Below, piece by piece: positions 61,113 through 64,000 of a DNA stretch of 64,000 nucleotides. The stretch spans positions 122,822,001 through 122,886,000 of the forward strand of contig NC_083227.1 in the NCBI RefSeq assembly GCF_032191835.1, read 5' to 3'. The position numbers and the translations under genes were made by a program. The notes beneath the pieces were generated by a model. That model was not told the DNA's origin, made no database searches, and saw only the letters and a program-made list of their open reading frames with translations. The stretch's first letter is position 1. Each line of letters opens with the position of its first letter. This DNA comes from Heteronotia binoei (lineage: Eukaryota).

Positions 61113-62243
61113 GTAAGTTTTGACTCCATTATGTTTTGTCTCTGGGTAACTTGTTTCAAATATCCATTTCATATTTTATGCATTTATCCCATGTGTTGCT
61201 TTTTATTAATGTTTTCTAGTTCACCATTTCTGTCAAGACACAATGGGGGAGGGGAGTTCAAATTGCATGTGGAAGTAATGTTTCAGATCTTTTCCCCATA
61301 ACAGTGCATAGTTATAGACACCCATTTTGCCTGTCTTTTATTTTACTCTGTTATTTATCTTATTTGTTTTCAGTTGCATCTTATGCTAGTATCTCATATT
61401 TTATTCCCTTTTTTCATATTTCAAAAAAGAACCATGAGTAGAGTCTTTGAAATCAATATGTTCAAGCTGTTTTACCAGTCTTACAATGTGATCTTCAACA
61501 TGTTCAGAAATGAATTCAGTGGGATTTGTCTCCATATAAAGATACTTAGGGAAATGAATGTGAAGTTGACTGAATACTCCCTTTCTAGAGGCTGCAGGAA
61601 GTCATGTTCTGTGCCTTTAAATGAAATCAGAGTAGAACTGCTTCATACAAGCATGCCAGAATTGTAGAATAAAACTACTTTCTCAGGCACATTTGTTAGA
61701 TCGGAAGTAAAGACAGCATCTCAAAATTAAAATACAACTAACTGTGGGCAATACAGGAATCTGAGCTCAGATGTTCAGACAAACATTAATGTATCTTTCT
61801 TTATGGTCTGATTATTACCACAAAATGATTCCCTCTTCCTCCATATTGATAGGGAGTATGGTTTCAAAGGAATGCTGCTGAAATTGATTAATTAAAACTA
61901 ACTGTGAGGCTGACATGGTGGTTTACAGTTGCATCAGACTCTTTTTCAGAGAGTAATGTATTTAAAATTATATTACTTTTTGAGTTTAAAAGAAACACAC
62001 TTCTTACCTAATTCACATAAATAGAAGCTTTACTGTCAGAAGACCATTTTACCCATCATTTTAGCCTTTTATATATATTTTTCTGTAGTATGACAGCCAT
62101 TCTGTCATGATACATTCACTGGATTTCATTCATAGGAGGCATTGGCAATTTATAATTGACCTACAAATTTCCTTTGAAGTGATTCAAGATAGGCTGTCAT
62201 GATGGTTCTATTTTTAAAAAGTGAGCACTTAGGTAGTTACCCC

Positions 62244-62349
62244 CAGGGCTTTTTTGAGCAGGAATGCAGTTCCAACTGGCTTGGCATCGGGGGTGTGGCC
62301 TGATATGCAAATGAGTTCTTGCTGGGGGGTTTTCTACAAAAAAACCCTG
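62244..62349. mobile_element. hAT MITE, CAGGGCTTT family, monomer, in NMUR2 intron 1
   Basis: Perfect TSD GTTACCCC (62236-62243, 62350-62357). Contains GGGGTGTGGCCTGATATGCAAAT. Confidence 0.88.
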
Positions 62350-64000
62350 GTTACCCCTTTTCTGAATAGAACTTCCATATTATTAGCATTTTCCCAATCC
62401 ACTGCCACATTCATTCTGTTCAAGATATAGTTGTTGTGAGCTGCTCTGTGTCTTAGTTGCCTAGGTACCCTTTATGAGGCCAGAAATATGGGATATAAAT
62501 TTTGTTTTAAAAAATAAATAAATGTGCAACTTTAATCTGAAAGTGAATATCATGCTTCAACTGCACACAAAAATAATCACAGCAAACACAGAACTTATAA
62601 GCCAGACATACACAAGATATTGTCAATTACCCATAGATTAAGTCATTCTTTTCTACTTTAGAATGAATTTAGGTTTTTTTAAAAAATTCCTGTGCATGAA
62701 GTCAAAAATAACAAAAATTAAAGAAACAGTCTTTCTTTCTGAGACACCTTGGGGTAATTAAAATATAGCATAACTATGTTCATTTTGACTCACTATAGTG
62801 TACTTTTCTTCTTTAGCAATCTGCAGAAATAACAGAAATGATAGCAGTTCAGAGAAAATTGGATTTCTTTTAACTTTTTAAAAATGAAAGCGTTTAAAAA
62901 ACAAAGCTGAAAAATAACAGCTAAAGGCTAGCAACTGTTGTGCATCAATGCAGGCGTATCACCAATGCATCACTGATGCAGGCTCACACAGTGATTGAGC
63001 CAGGCTCTCAACTAAATCCTGAAGTCTGCTGACTGACCAATGCTCTGAAGCATCTGTTCCACCTGAAGAACCTCCATAAGATACATACCACTGCTGAGGA
63101 TGTGTAATTATTTTTCATTACTTCACTTTACCTCACATATGCGGAGATGTATTCATCTATTCTAGAGTTTCTTTTGCATGTATGTGTACATATATGCCCA
63201 TATGTGTATGTATCCCTACACAGAAAAATATTTAATCAGTGTCTTTATGCACAAGAAAACACATTCTGGGTTGGTGTCTCGATTGTCCTGGCCATTGACA
63301 CCATGGGTCATCATGCTGAGCTGAGCTTGGGCTATGCCACTGAGACAGCAGAAATAGTGGTATAATAATTCAGAGAAAGGGGTTCCAGAAAACTCCAGAA
63401 TCCATTAAATTAGCCTCCTATACTTCTGGATATTTTATCAGCATTAAAGAGCAAGTTTCTGCCATCTAACTATATGTTAAATTTCTTGATTGGAATGTTG
63501 TTGTCAAACTCCTGTTTTGTTTTTTAAGTTTAGATGATGGAGCACAATTTTTCCAAGAATGGGCAAGTAAAGCTATCACTATAATGGAATTGCACAGGCT
63601 CAGGAACACCCAAATTATACAGCATTGCCCAGGAAATAGTGGACAATATTTGGGAGTTAGTAAAGTAACTTCACAAGCTGTTCTATCCTAAACTACAGGG
63701 AGTGAGTTTTGATTTTTTTTCTTTCAGGAGCCTGTCGCCAATCAATTATCTGTGGTTCCTCCCATGAAAAGTGCATCACTAACCAGTCAGTGTCTCACCT
63801 ATATAAGCATATGAAGTTGCCTTGTGCCAAGTGAAACCATGGACCTATCTAGCTTAGTGTTTTCTACTTGGAGGCAGGAGCACTGTAGAATCTTAGAGAA
63901 AGGTTCTCCCTAACAGTTACTGCTCAAGTTCCATTAATGAACTAGGGGTTGGACCTTCTTCAAAGCATATGCTCCACACTGAGTTATGACCTCACAACCG

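Noticed and set aside
61113-61301. Extension of the NMUR2 ORF to 302 aa in the ORF track
   Set aside because: GPCR similarity stops at MGLK, where a canonical GTAAGT donor begins. The remainder is intron read-through.
62800-63830. Splice-acceptor-like sites (AG at 62815-62816 and 63726-63727) as NMUR2 exon 2
   Set aside because: The phase-0 translations (QSAEITEM..., EPVANQLS...) do not resemble the expected ICL3/TM6 sequence. Exon 2 probably lies beyond the window.

Overview
Vertebrate genomic DNA, most likely from a squamate reptile. A gecko is plausible because Sauria/Squam1-type and (TTC)n-tailed Squam3-type SINEs co-occur; this is inference. The only host gene recognised is the first coding exon of neuromedin-U receptor 2 (NMUR2, 60393-61112, +). 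The 60 kb upstream is intergenic and packed with transposon relics. These include a ~6.2-kb hAT element whose transposase keeps its DDE triad, a chromodomain Ty3/Gypsy element carrying nested L2, SINE and solo-LTR insertions, two long L2 LINEs, L1, CR1, RTE and RTE-X fragments, Ngaro/DIRS remnants, a non-autonomous Helitron, solo LTRs and at least 12 hAT MITEs, most with readable 8-bp TSDs. No tRNA, rRNA or CRISPR feature is supported. I found no convincing wholly new protein-coding system. The most interesting signals are: (1) a modular hAT MITE family carrying an octamer (ATTTGCAT) plus CACCC/KLF cassette, with copies on both sides of NMUR2 exon 1; (2) a 5'-inverted, twin-primed-looking reptile L1; (3) the hAT element with long tandem and inverted subterminal arrays; (4) a 2.3-kb TIR-bounded GC-rich element of unidentified content. 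All family assignments are by eye, with no database search.
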